DNA from: Acidimicrobiales bacterium
Lineage (GTDB): Bacteria; Actinomycetota; Acidimicrobiia; Acidimicrobiales; SZUA-35
DNA: 64,000 nt
Assembly: GCA_013003535.1 (NCBI GenBank)
Contig: JABDIY010000137.1
Span: forward strand, 21,591 to 85,590
Direction: 5' to 3'
Made by a program: the position numbers and the translations under genes. The notes below the pieces were generated by a model, which had not been told where the DNA came from, searched no databases, and saw nothing but the letters and a program-made list of their open reading frames with translations. Below are positions 46,776-56,408 of this stretch, in pieces; position 1 is the first letter of the stretch; each line of letters begins with the position of its first letter.

Positions 46776-47909
46776 TCAGAAGAGCAGCATCGTGGCGGTG
46801 AAACCGTGGAGCGCATTGCGCGGACCCACGGGCCCAAGCTCACCCGCACAAAACATTCCGGCTGTTGCTACTTCACCAAATCGCTCTCGAACTGCCCACG
46901 CATCGTGACTGGGTTCAGCGAACATGTGTGAACCCCGACCGGTGCATGTGAACACAAGAGCTCCCTGCACCGGATCTCGGTCGTGTTCAGCTAGCTGATG
47001 ATCGAGGTCCTCGCTGGCTGAAACAGCATCTCGTACGTGAAACTGCACAACTTGGCCAACCTGCACCCGGTCCCCGACGGCCAGCGCCCCGGTTGATCGA
47101 TCTCCGCCCAACACCGATCGGATCAGAAAATCGCCACGCTGAAAACTCTCGGTCTGCTCGTTTGCCACGATGCCCAAATGCAGCCCTCGGGCGGCAAGCG
47201 CCCGATCAGCATCGGACAGTCCCTGGATGACTGCTTCCAACCGAACGAGAGCCGGTTCGCCACCTAGTGCACCAATCAACTGACCAGCACCATCTGTGAC
47301 AACCCACGGGGTCCCGATCGGTCGGCAGCCCTGACTGACCAATGGCGTGCTGACACCAGGCTGCAGTAGCACACCGACAGCGCCGCCGGTGTGTACCGCA
47401 CCGTCGAGAATCAACGTGTTTCCGCCCGGCGCCCGCGCTGCGGAGGCGAGGCCGCCAACGACGTGCACGGCAGGGGCGGACTGGGCCAGAGCGTCCAAAA
47501 GGAGTTCGGCAGGAAAACTGAAGGGATCGGCCAACAAAAGAAGGACCGCTTCGTCGGGGATCTCCTCAGGTAGACCCAGGATCGTTCGGCCGCCGTCGAT
47601 CGCCTCGAGGCGGATCGGCCGAACCGGGCCGGTTTCCCCCAACCACACGCTGACTGCCGATCCTGACTCGATCTCTTCCCCACCGCCGATAACGCCACTG
47701 ACCGATACGCCCAGCACGGTCTGTGCCCCCATGAATTGCGAGACACTTGCGGTGATGTGGCTCAAGGCAGCCGCATGGGTCCCGGACGCGAAGACCACCG
47801 CCAAATCCGAGTTGCCCTGCATCCGCTCGCTCAGATCTCCCAAGACCTCACCTACCGCGTCAATGGGATCAGGGTGTTGCGAGTGGGACGCAACGAAGCG
47901 GCCGGTCAC
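46776..47909 (-). CDS. FIST-domain sensory protein
   Basis: LLADPFSF, VGGLAS, VSQGCRPIG, FTCTGRG, GMFCAGELGP. Confidence 0.88.
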   Translation of the reverse strand: MTGRFVASHSQHPDPIDAVGEVLGDLSERMQGNSDLAVVFASGTHAAALSHITASVSQFMGAQTVLGVSVSGVIGGGEEIESGSAVSVWLGETGPVRPIRLEAIDGGRTILGLPEEIPDEAVLLLLADPFSFPAELLLDALAQSAPAVHVVGGLASAARAPGGNTLILDGAVHTGGAVGVLLQPGVSTPLVSQGCRPIGTPWVVTDGAGQLIGALGGEPALVRLEAVIQGLSDADRALAARGLHLGIVANEQTESFQRGDFLIRSVLGGDRSTGALAVGDRVQVGQVVQFHVRDAVSASEDLDHQLAEHDRDPVQGALVFTCTGRGSHMFAEPSHDAWAVRERFGEVATAGMFCAGELGPVGPRNALHGFTATMLLF

Positions 47910-48520
47910 TCCGCTCCCCCAACCGGCTCCAGTGCGGCTCGAATGAAACTTCGCATATGTTCAAATCGAGCCTCTAGCGACGCCTCAGAAAATGGGTCTT
48001 CGCTAATAAGCCCTTTCAGCATGACGTGATCCGAGAAATAGGTAAGCAGGGCCCCGTAACCGGTGAGCACAAGGTTCTCCGCGTCGTGGCGGCGAAAAAC
48101 TCCTTGGTCCATTTGCCGTTCGAAGAAGGTAACCGCCCGCCGAAAGTAGGGCCGGAGGGCAACGCCCAGATTGAACCCGAGCGGGCTCTGATCGGTCATC
48201 GCTTCACGTCGCACGATCACGATGATCTCGGGGTTTGCCACGAAAAATCGAAAGCTTGCCGCCACGATGCTGTCCACCAATTCCCAGCCATCGGATTCGG
48301 AATTTCGAGCGGCTTCGGTCTGGTCGCCCCACTCGGCCAAGGCATCGGAGAGGATCTGCCGGTAGATCGCTTCCTTCGAGTCAAAATGGTGGAGCAGGCT
48401 GGGGCGCCGAATTCCCACGCCCGCGGCTATGTCGTTGAGTGACGTTCCCTCAAAACCCTGAGCGGCGAAGCAGTGGCGCGCCTCCACCAGGATTTGATCA
48501 CGCGTGGTAGGTTCGGCCAC
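47906..48520 (-). CDS. TetR family transcriptional regulator
   Basis: TRDQIL..A..F...GFEGTSL..IA..VGI...SLLHHF.SKE. Confidence 0.92.
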   Translation of the reverse strand: MAEPTTRDQILVEARHCFAAQGFEGTSLNDIAAGVGIRRPSLLHHFDSKEAIYRQILSDALAEWGDQTEAARNSESDGWELVDSIVAASFRFFVANPEIIVIVRREAMTDQSPLGFNLGVALRPYFRRAVTFFERQMDQGVFRRHDAENLVLTGYGALLTYFSDHVMLKGLISEDPFSEASLEARFEHMRSFIRAALEPVGGAE

Positions 48521-48546
48521 CGGCTCAGGCTAACCGCGTCGCCTTC

Positions 48547-48939
48547 CTACTGGACGGGAGGCAGGAGGGTGTAGGGCACACGCGAAACCGGGCCACCATC
48601 TACCCTGCACTCCGCCACCACCGTTCCGTACTCGGAGAACGGGATCTCCGCACGTACCAGGCGGTAGTTGAACTTTCCCGGTTCGATCTGAAGCGGCTGC
48701 ACGTTTCTTGCCAGCGGCTCCTCCTCACCGTCACGGACGAAGAGAACTTCCAACGCCCCAAAGCCGCTGTGGTCGGGCGGGCACCACACCAGCACCATCA
48801 AATGGGGACCGACGGTCACCGGGACGGGGCCAGGTGCGGGCGCTGAGAACTGAATACCGGTGAGGTCTATCTGTGTAGCGGGCCCGGGTACGGGTCGCAG
48901 CTGAATGTCGTCGGCGAAGACGGCGGCGATGATTTCCAT
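48547..48939 (-). CDS. Hypothetical beta-sandwich protein
   Basis: 130-aa ORF filling the gap on the operon strand. Confidence 0.6.
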   Translation of the reverse strand: MEIIAAVFADDIQLRPVPGPATQIDLTGIQFSAPAPGPVPVTVGPHLMVLVWCPPDHSGFGALEVLFVRDGEEEPLARNVQPLQIEPGKFNYRLVRAEIPFSEYGTVVAECRVDGGPVSRVPYTLLPPVQ

Positions 48940-48993
48940 GAGCCCTGTCTATCTGGTGCCGAGCGTTGCGATGACGAGGTAAGGCGTGGCAGC

Positions 48994-50199
48994 TCAGGCA
49001 ATTCGGTCCAACGCTTGAGTTACATCAGCGATGATGTCGGCGGGGTCCTCGAGGCCCACGGACAATCTGACCATTCCATCGGTGATGCCGACCGCCGCCC
49101 GGGCCTCTGGTGGGAGTCGGCGGTGAGTCGTTGTGGACGGATGTGTCACCAGACTCTTCGAGTCACCCACGTTGTTGGAAATATCGCACAACTGAAGGGC
49201 ATCCATGACGGCGAACGAGTTGTTCTTGGCCAGCTCGTCCTTGCCCTGAACGGTGAAGGTGAGAATCGTTCCGCCACTCCTCATCTGTCGCTTGGCGAGA
49301 TCGAACTGTGGGTGGGACGGCAGGCCGGGATATTTGAGGCCCACCAGGGCGGGGTGCTGTTGCAGAGCCCGAGCGATCTTCTCGGCTGATGAACTCATGG
49401 CATCGACCCGAAGCCGCAGGGTCTCCATTCCCTTCACCAGAACCCAGGCGTTGAACGGACTGAGGCTCGGCCCGGTGTGGCGAAGGAACGGCATCAGGTA
49501 GGTGTCCACGTACTCTTGACTAGCGAGCACCGCCCCACCGAGAGTTCGGCCCTGCCCGTCGATGTGTTTGGTAGCGCTATAGACCACAATATCGGCGCCG
49601 AACTCCAGTGGCTTCTGCAGGATCGGACTGGCAAAAACGTTGTCGACGATGACCACCGCCCCTGCCGCATGCGCCATTTCGCAGACTGCGGCCAAATCGA
49701 TGATTTCCAATCCGGGGTTGGACGGAGACTCGAGAAAGACCGCCCTGGCTCCGGGTGCGAGGGCCTGCTCCCATGCGCTCAGATCGGTACCATCTACAAG
49801 AACGGTGTCTACTCCCATACGCGGCAGGATCTCGGTGAGAATCACATGGCAGGATCCGAAAAGGGCCCGCGACGCTACAACGCGATCACCGACGCCCACC
49901 ATGCTCGCCATTGACCCGAACACGGCCGCCATGCCGCTGGCTGTGGCCATGCACGCTTCGGCCCCTTCGAGGAGGCGAAGCCGCTCCTCGAACATGGCGA
50001 CGGTGGGGTTGCCATATCTCGAATAGATGAAGCGTTGGTGCTCACCCTTGAACGCCGCCTCGGCTTCGGCTGCGGAGCTGTACACATACCCCGAGGTGAG
50101 ATACATCGCTTCGGCCGTCTCGTCGAAAGGCGATCGGGTCAACCCCCCTCGAACGAGCCCCGTGGCTTCCGCCAGTTTCTGAGGTTGGGGGCCAGTCAC
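48994..50199 (-). CDS. metZ: O-succinylhomoserine sulfhydrylase
   Basis: YSRYGNPTV, SGMAA, ESPSNP, DNVF, YSATKHIDGQGR; GTG 50199 overlaps rhodanese stop. Confidence 0.92.
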   Translation of the reverse strand: MTGPQPQKLAEATGLVRGGLTRSPFDETAEAMYLTSGYVYSSAAEAEAAFKGEHQRFIYSRYGNPTVAMFEERLRLLEGAEACMATASGMAAVFGSMASMVGVGDRVVASRALFGSCHVILTEILPRMGVDTVLVDGTDLSAWEQALAPGARAVFLESPSNPGLEIIDLAAVCEMAHAAGAVVIVDNVFASPILQKPLEFGADIVVYSATKHIDGQGRTLGGAVLASQEYVDTYLMPFLRHTGPSLSPFNAWVLVKGMETLRLRVDAMSSSAEKIARALQQHPALVGLKYPGLPSHPQFDLAKRQMRSGGTILTFTVQGKDELAKNNSFAVMDALQLCDISNNVGDSKSLVTHPSTTTHRRLPPEARAAVGITDGMVRLSVGLEDPADIIADVTQALDRIA

Positions 50200-50594
50200 G
50201 ACTGCACCCATGGCAAGGCGTCTTTCCAGCCGCCGTGCCGGTGGCCGCCTGGAGTCAGATCGCCCTCGAAACCCGAGCCGATGTTGGCAACCTCGTAGCC
50301 TTCCTCAGCCAGCAGTGCAGCAGCAGCATTGGATCGAGCCCCGGAGCGACACAGCAGTAGTACTACCTGGTCCTTTTTCAGACCCTGAGTGACATCGGCC
50401 AAGAAGTCCTCGTTGCGTTCACCGTCAGGGAAGCGAATCCATTCGACAAATCGAACGTCCTTTCGGATCGATGACAGATCGGGAATACCGGCAAATGCCC
50501 ACTCTGCGGTAGTTCGCACGTCGACGAGAACCGACTCCTTGTCCTGGTTGAGTGTTTCCCACGCTTCTTCCAGCGAAATCTGCGGAACGATCAT
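50196..50594 (-). CDS. Rhodanese-like sulfurtransferase
   Basis: LVDVRTTAEW, LCRSGARS, GFEG. Confidence 0.9.
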   Translation of the reverse strand: MIVPQISLEEAWETLNQDKESVLVDVRTTAEWAFAGIPDLSSIRKDVRFVEWIRFPDGERNEDFLADVTQGLKKDQVVLLLCRSGARSNAAAALLAEEGYEVANIGSGFEGDLTPGGHRHGGWKDALPWVQS

Positions 50595-50672
50595 GCCAAA
50601 ACCCTAGCCAGCACGTCAGCTTTCGCCATGCCGCCCGGCGCTCCAAACGCCCTACTGGATAGCCTCACCTGT

Positions 50673-52634
50673 GTGATCAGCACCGCAAACGCAACCGACC
50701 TCGAATCATTGGCTATCAACGTTGTGAGGGGGATTTCGATGGACGCCCCGGCTGCCGCGAACTCCGGGCACCAGGGCACCGCCATGGCGCTCGCTCCCCT
50801 GGCCCATGTTCTGTGGACTCGCATCATGAAGTACGACCCGGCCCGACCCGACTGGCCAGACCGGGACCGTTTCGTTCTCTCCAACGGGCACGCCTCAATT
50901 CTGCAGTATGCGATGTTGCATCTGACCGGGTACGACCTGTCGATCGACGACCTCAAAGCGTTCCGCCAGTGGGGTTCACGAACCCCCGGCCATCCCGAGG
51001 CCGGCCACACCACTGGTGTGGAAGTCACCACTGGGCCCCTCGGCCAAGGGTTTGCCAATGCAGTAGGAATGGCGATCGCCGAGCGCTATCTGCGAGGCAC
51101 CTTCGGGGCCGATGTCATGGACCATCACACCTACGTGATCATGGGCGATGGCTGTATGTCTGAAGGAGTTAGCCACGAGGCGGCCAGCTTGGCCGGGCAC
51201 CAGAAGCTCGGCCATTTGATTGCCATGTATGACAACAACCACATCACGATCGACGGTAACACGGACCTCGCCCTGTCAGACGATTCCGCCAAACGGTTCG
51301 AAGCCTATGGATGGCATGTGCTGGATATAGGTGAGAACGCCAAGGATCTCGACGTCCTCGAGAGCGCCCTCAACGACGCCAAAGCCGAGACTGAGCGTCC
51401 GTCACTGGTGATCATCCGGAGTCACATCGGCTATCCCTCTCCTACGCTCACCGACCATCACAGTGCCCACGGCCTGGCCTTCGGCGCAGACGAGATAACG
51501 GCTGCCAAAGATGTCATGGGTCTTCCGAACGAGCCCTTCTACATCCCGGCCGAGGTGAAGGACTTCTATGGTGCTGCTGGAGCTGCCGGCGCAGAGGAGT
51601 CCACCAAGTGGGATGAACGATTGGCTACTGCCTCGATCGATCGAGACCACTGGGAAGCGTGTTGGGGCAGAACCGGCGTCGCCGGTTGGGACAGCAACCT
51701 GCCCACCTTCGAAGCTGGCAAGTCCGTTGCCACTCGCAAGTCATCGCAGGCGGTAATCGACGCTATCGCGGCCGGAATCCCAGGTCTGATCGGCGGGTCC
51801 GCCGACCTCACCGGGAACACCGGAACCAAGCTCGATGGATTGGGGGTCCAGAGCGCCGATGAACCGGACGGGCGCCAAATCTACTTCGGAGTTCGCGAAC
51901 ATGCGATGGGGTCTGCGCTTGTTGGGATGGCCCATCACGGTGGTGTCATACCATTTGCCGGAACGTTCGAGGTTTTTGCCGACTACATGCGGCCGTCCCT
52001 CCGACTGGCCGCCCTCAGCAACGCCAAGGCCATTTTCGTGTTCTCCCATGATTCAGTCGGTGTTGGCGAAGACGGGCCCACCCATCAACCGGTCGAGCAG
52101 ACCATGAGCTTGCGGTTGATCCCGAACCTCACGGTGATCCGGCCCGGCGATGCCACCGAGTCGGTTGGAGCATGGCAAGCGGCCATCGCCTCCGAAGGAC
52201 CCACCGCGTTGGTGTTCTCTCGTCAGAATGTTCCCGTACAAGCCGGAACCAATGCTGGAAGTGTTGCGAAGGGTGCCTATGCGATCAACGAGGTCGCCAC
52301 ACCGGACGCCATCGTTATCGGCACTGGGAGCGAGCTGGGAGTAGCCACCGATGCTGCCGAATTACTCGCCGCCGACGGAACTTCGGTTCGAGTGGTTTCC
52401 ATGCCCTCATGGGAGCTCTTCACGGAGCAGGGCAACTCCTACATGCAGTCGATCCTGCCGCCGGGTATCCCCACCGTGTCGGTGGAGGCCGGCGTCACGA
52501 TGGGCTGGCAGCGTTGGGCCAACGAGGCGATCGGAATTGACCGGTTCGGGGCTTCCGCTCCGGGCAACGTGGTCATGGAAAAACTCGGCATTACCCCAGA
52601 CGCCGTCGCTGAGGCGGTACGAGGTCTGCTCTGA
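50673..52634 (+). CDS. tkt: Transketolase
   Basis: SGHQG, RDRFVLSNGH, TGPLGQG, GDGCMSEG, GVREHAM, GEDGPTHQP. Confidence 0.96.
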   Translation: MISTANATDLESLAINVVRGISMDAPAAANSGHQGTAMALAPLAHVLWTRIMKYDPARPDWPDRDRFVLSNGHASILQYAMLHLTGYDLSIDDLKAFRQWGSRTPGHPEAGHTTGVEVTTGPLGQGFANAVGMAIAERYLRGTFGADVMDHHTYVIMGDGCMSEGVSHEAASLAGHQKLGHLIAMYDNNHITIDGNTDLALSDDSAKRFEAYGWHVLDIGENAKDLDVLESALNDAKAETERPSLVIIRSHIGYPSPTLTDHHSAHGLAFGADEITAAKDVMGLPNEPFYIPAEVKDFYGAAGAAGAEESTKWDERLATASIDRDHWEACWGRTGVAGWDSNLPTFEAGKSVATRKSSQAVIDAIAAGIPGLIGGSADLTGNTGTKLDGLGVQSADEPDGRQIYFGVREHAMGSALVGMAHHGGVIPFAGTFEVFADYMRPSLRLAALSNAKAIFVFSHDSVGVGEDGPTHQPVEQTMSLRLIPNLTVIRPGDATESVGAWQAAIASEGPTALVFSRQNVPVQAGTNAGSVAKGAYAINEVATPDAIVIGTGSELGVATDAAELLAADGTSVRVVSMPSWELFTEQGNSYMQSILPPGIPTVSVEAGVTMGWQRWANEAIGIDRFGASAPGNVVMEKLGITPDAVAEAVRGLL

Positions 52635-52723
52635 TTCTTGCCCGAGCTGCGTTCGTCGTGAAGGCCCAAATCTGGGACATCGCGCCCTCATGACACCCAG
52701 ACTGGTTGGGTAGGCTCTCTCGA

Positions 52724-53830
52724 ATGGAACGCATCCAAAAACTTCACTCCGAACAAGGACAGAGCCCGTGGCTCGACAACCTCCGCCGGGGCTGGTTGAC
52801 CAGCGGTGAAATGCAGAGATGGCTGGATAGAGGTGTGCGCGGACTGACCAGCAATCCGTCCATCTTCGCAAAGGCCATGACCGATACCGACGAATACGAC
52901 GCCGACCTCCGGCAACTGATCGCAGACGGAAAGTCTGTCGAGCACGCCTACTGGGACCTCGTTGTCGCTGACATCCGGGCCGCGTTGGCACTTCTCAATC
53001 CGATTTTCGAGAGCTCCGGGGGTGAAGATGGCTATGTATCGGTTGAGGTGTCACCCAATCTGGCTCACCAGACCGACGCCACGGTCATTGCCGCTAAGGA
53101 TTTGGATGGCCGTCTGGAAGCCCCAAACCTCTTCATCAAGGTTCCCGCAACGATCGAAGGCATCCCAGCAATTCGGACCCTCATCGGAGAAGGCATCAGC
53201 GTCAACGTGACGCTGATTTTCGGGCTCAAGAGGTATGCCGCGGTCATGGAGGCTTATATTTCCGGGCTCGAGACCTACGCCGCAGCACATCCCGAAGCCG
53301 ATCTGGGATCTATCTCGTCGGTGGCGTCATTTTTTGTTTCCCGTGTCGATGTAGAGGTAGATCGGCGACTCAGCGAAATCGGCAGCGCCGAGGCGGCGGC
53401 GCTCAAGGGCCAAGCGGCGGTCGCCAACGCACAAATCGCCTACCAAGAATTCGAGAAGACCTTCAGCGGCCCCCGGTGGGAGGCGCTCGCCGCCCGCGGT
53501 GCCCGCTACCAGCGACCACTCTGGGCCAGCACGTCAACAAAGGATCCTTCCTATCCGGACACGCTTTATGTTGACAGCTTGATCGGCCCCAACACGGTGA
53601 ATACTTTGCCAGACGGCACTCTCGACGCATTCGCTGACCACGGCACCGTGGCCAGGACCATTGACGCCGATGTTGCTGCCGCCTACGCCACCGTCGGAAA
53701 TCTTGCTGCTCTGGGCATCGATCTCGAAGAGGTAGCAAACAAGCTGGAGACCGAAGGAGTCGCAAGTTTCGCCAAGTCATTTGATGGAGTTCTGGAAACC
53801 CTCGCCGAGCGCGCCAAAACGGTCGGCTAA
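52724..53830 (+). CDS. tal: Transaldolase
   Basis: PWLDNL, TSNPSIF, VSVEVSP, IKVPAT, NVTLIF, ASFFVSR, RPLWAST. Confidence 0.95.
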   Translation: MERIQKLHSEQGQSPWLDNLRRGWLTSGEMQRWLDRGVRGLTSNPSIFAKAMTDTDEYDADLRQLIADGKSVEHAYWDLVVADIRAALALLNPIFESSGGEDGYVSVEVSPNLAHQTDATVIAAKDLDGRLEAPNLFIKVPATIEGIPAIRTLIGEGISVNVTLIFGLKRYAAVMEAYISGLETYAAAHPEADLGSISSVASFFVSRVDVEVDRRLSEIGSAEAAALKGQAAVANAQIAYQEFEKTFSGPRWEALAARGARYQRPLWASTSTKDPSYPDTLYVDSLIGPNTVNTLPDGTLDAFADHGTVARTIDADVAAAYATVGNLAALGIDLEEVANKLETEGVASFAKSFDGVLETLAERAKTVG

Positions 53831-53956
53831 GCCAACGTCGTGGCCGGCGCCGGCCCACCGCCCCCACGAACGCAGCGCACGCCGTACGAGCCGGTTCAAC
53901 CAGCGCGAGAACCTTCGATCTTGGTGCTCGCTGAATCGTTTGCAACACTGAGCAGT

Positions 53957-55174
53957 GTGAGCAACGCCGATCTGATCTCTGCCGATAGTGAAATGAAGAA
54001 GGTGGCCGACGCACTGGCAGACCTGCTCCGTGATCACAACCCTGCCGAAGAGGCCTTTCAGGAATTTCGAGGCCACCAGTACGACCACGGTCTGGCATGG
54101 GTCCACTTCCCTGAGCGGTTCGGTGGCCTCGGAGTTCGGCCGCAGCTCCAGCGGGAGGTAGATACGGCGCTGCGGGACGCGGGCGCCAAAGCGGCCGACG
54201 AGACCCAGTTCTTCATGCACCTCGCCGGACCCACGATCGTGACCCACGGTTCCGACGCAGTGAAGAACCGATTCTTGAGACCAATGTTCACTGGCGCCGA
54301 GAAATGGTGTCAGCTCTTCAGCGAACCCGGGGCCGGGTCCGACTTCGCAGGCCTTGGCACCAGAGCCGTGCGTGACGGAGATGAATGGATTGTCAACGGT
54401 CAGAAGGTTTGGAACACGCTGGCCCACCTCGCTGATTACGGAATGTTGGTGACCCGATCAGATCCCGACGCCCCGAAGCACAAGGGGATGACCTACTTTG
54501 CGCTGGAAATGAAGGCACCCGGCGTGGAGGTTCGCCCACTTCGCCAAATCACCGGCGAAGCGGAGTTCAACGAGGTGTATCTCACCGACGTTCGCATCCC
54601 CGATGCCAACCGCGTCGGCGAGGTTGGGGAAGGCTGGCGGGCGAGTCTCACCACGTTGATGAACGAACGCACCGCGATTGGAGGCGGCGGTGCGCCGAAA
54701 CGTGGTTCCGGGCCCGTGGCGTCCCTCATCGAAACGTGGAACGCCCTGCCCGACGGTGACCGGACCGCAGTTGGTCGAGATCGAGTTGTGCAGATGTGGA
54801 TTCGTGCCGAAGTTCTTCGCCTCACCAACATGCGAGCATCTCAGAATCGCCGGGTGGGCAATCCCGGCCCTGAGGGCTCGGTGGGAAAGCTTGCTTCGGC
54901 CAGCCTCAATCAGGAAATCATGAACACCGCGGTCACTATTCAGGGGCCGGACGGCCAGATCGGTTTCGACTACACGTTCCGACGTCCGGACACTCTCAGC
55001 GTGAGCGGAGCCGAACTTGGAGTACGTCACGCCTTCTTGAGGGTTCGGGCCAACAGCATCGAGGGCGGCACCAGCGAGATCATGCGGAACATCCTGGGAG
55101 AACAGGTCTTGGGTCTCCCCGGCGAGCCTCGCCTGGACAAAACGATTCCCTGGAAAGACGTCCCCCGCTCGTAG
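53957..55174 (+). CDS. Acyl-CoA dehydrogenase
   Basis: WCQLFSEPGAGSD, NGQKVW, FNEVYL, LMNER, IEGGTSEIMRN. Confidence 0.93.
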   Translation: MSNADLISADSEMKKVADALADLLRDHNPAEEAFQEFRGHQYDHGLAWVHFPERFGGLGVRPQLQREVDTALRDAGAKAADETQFFMHLAGPTIVTHGSDAVKNRFLRPMFTGAEKWCQLFSEPGAGSDFAGLGTRAVRDGDEWIVNGQKVWNTLAHLADYGMLVTRSDPDAPKHKGMTYFALEMKAPGVEVRPLRQITGEAEFNEVYLTDVRIPDANRVGEVGEGWRASLTTLMNERTAIGGGGAPKRGSGPVASLIETWNALPDGDRTAVGRDRVVQMWIRAEVLRLTNMRASQNRRVGNPGPEGSVGKLASASLNQEIMNTAVTIQGPDGQIGFDYTFRRPDTLSVSGAELGVRHAFLRVRANSIEGGTSEIMRNILGEQVLGLPGEPRLDKTIPWKDVPRS

Positions 55175-55265
55175 GTAGATATCCCGTTCAGCAGCAGCGC
55201 TGGCGTTTCTACCTATTTCTTTCACCGCTTTCACTCAATACCTTCGCAGGTGTGGAGAGAATGCG

Positions 55266-55880
55266 ATGATCCTGCTCGATGCTGCCGCGTCCCGATTCGA
55301 CGAGCTCGTTCGGCCCTACGGCATGACCTGTGATGCCAATCAGCTCATGCGGGAGGTCATCCCCAAGATCCGCTCGGCCAACCGGGCGTTGAATCCGCTG
55401 CAACTACCTAGTGAACTTCGAGACTTTTGGACGTGGTGGCACCCGGAGGACTTCACGTCCCCGGCCTTCGACGGCTTCTTCAGCATGGACCATGCGCTCA
55501 TGAAGCGAGATTCGATGGTGGCTCTGGGATATCCGGCCAACCTGATTCCCGTCGCCGCATTCGGTAAAGGCGTGCTGTGGATGGAACTGATGTCGGACGC
55601 CCACTTTGGCTCGCGGGTGTACTACGGGGCCTTCTCCTCTTCCAATCTCGATCTCTGGACGATCGGAATCTCCGGTCTGCTAGACTTGGTGAACCATACG
55701 ATCGAATTGGGCGGCGTCACCAGCTGGGGAGATGGCCAGCACCGGCTGGATCCTCGAATACTTCACACAGTTTTGGAACTCCACCATCGCGACCTGCAGG
55801 CGCCTGAAGGCGAGTGGAGTATTCCCGTAGCGAATCCCAAGTCGTGGCCGGATCATTGGCAGAGCTACTCGCCGCACTAG
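55266..55880 (+). CDS. Hypothetical protein, SMI1/KNR4(SUKH)-like
   Basis: LPSELRDFW...LIPVA pattern; SD GGAGAG. Confidence 0.5.
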   Translation: MILLDAAASRFDELVRPYGMTCDANQLMREVIPKIRSANRALNPLQLPSELRDFWTWWHPEDFTSPAFDGFFSMDHALMKRDSMVALGYPANLIPVAAFGKGVLWMELMSDAHFGSRVYYGAFSSSNLDLWTIGISGLLDLVNHTIELGGVTSWGDGQHRLDPRILHTVLELHHRDLQAPEGEWSIPVANPKSWPDHWQSYSPH

Positions 55881-55946
55881 TTCCACTGTGGCCGAGCCTC
55901 CGTGGGTTGGTTTAGTTTTGCTACCTACTCCAGCTAAGGTATTCCG

Positions 55947-56408
55947 ATGCAGCCCGGAACCACTGAGGAGCACTGTTCGATAGCGGCAACGCTGGGCGTG
56001 ATCGGCGATCGGTGGTCGCTACTGATCCTCCGAGATGTGTTCCGTGGCAACCACCGATTCAGCGTGATCCAGTCTGACCTCGGAATCGCCAAGAATCTGC
56101 TTGCGGACCGTCTGACTCAACTCATCGATGACGAAATTCTGGAAAAGGTCCTCTATTGCGAACGTCCAGCGCGTTATGAGTACCGACTCACGGCCAAAGG
56201 CGCCGATCTGTCAGCGCTACTGATTGCGCTGATGAAATGGGGCGACCGCTGGCACTCCGACGGTGAACCGCCCACAGTTCTGGTTCATCGGGAGTGTGGT
56301 ACCCCGTTGGAACTCCACGTTGCCTGCCCGCACTGCGATGCGCCAGTACGGCCCGGCCAAATTCGAAGTCTCAACCAAGCCACTACTGAAGAGATGACCA
56401 CCCACTGA
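55947..56408 (+). CDS. HxlR/DUF24 winged-helix regulator with C-terminal Cys/His cluster
   Basis: CSIAATLGVIGDRWSLLILR, EYRLTAKG, WGD; HRECG..CPHC. Confidence 0.9.
   Translation: MQPGTTEEHCSIAATLGVIGDRWSLLILRDVFRGNHRFSVIQSDLGIAKNLLADRLTQLIDDEILEKVLYCERPARYEYRLTAKGADLSALLIALMKWGDRWHSDGEPPTVLVHRECGTPLELHVACPHCDAPVRPGQIRSLNQATTEEMTTH

Noticed and set aside
50595-50672. SAM-IV riboswitch expected before rhodanese-metZ
   Set aside because: Only ~78 bp, occupied by two divergent leaderless promoters; no room or consensus.
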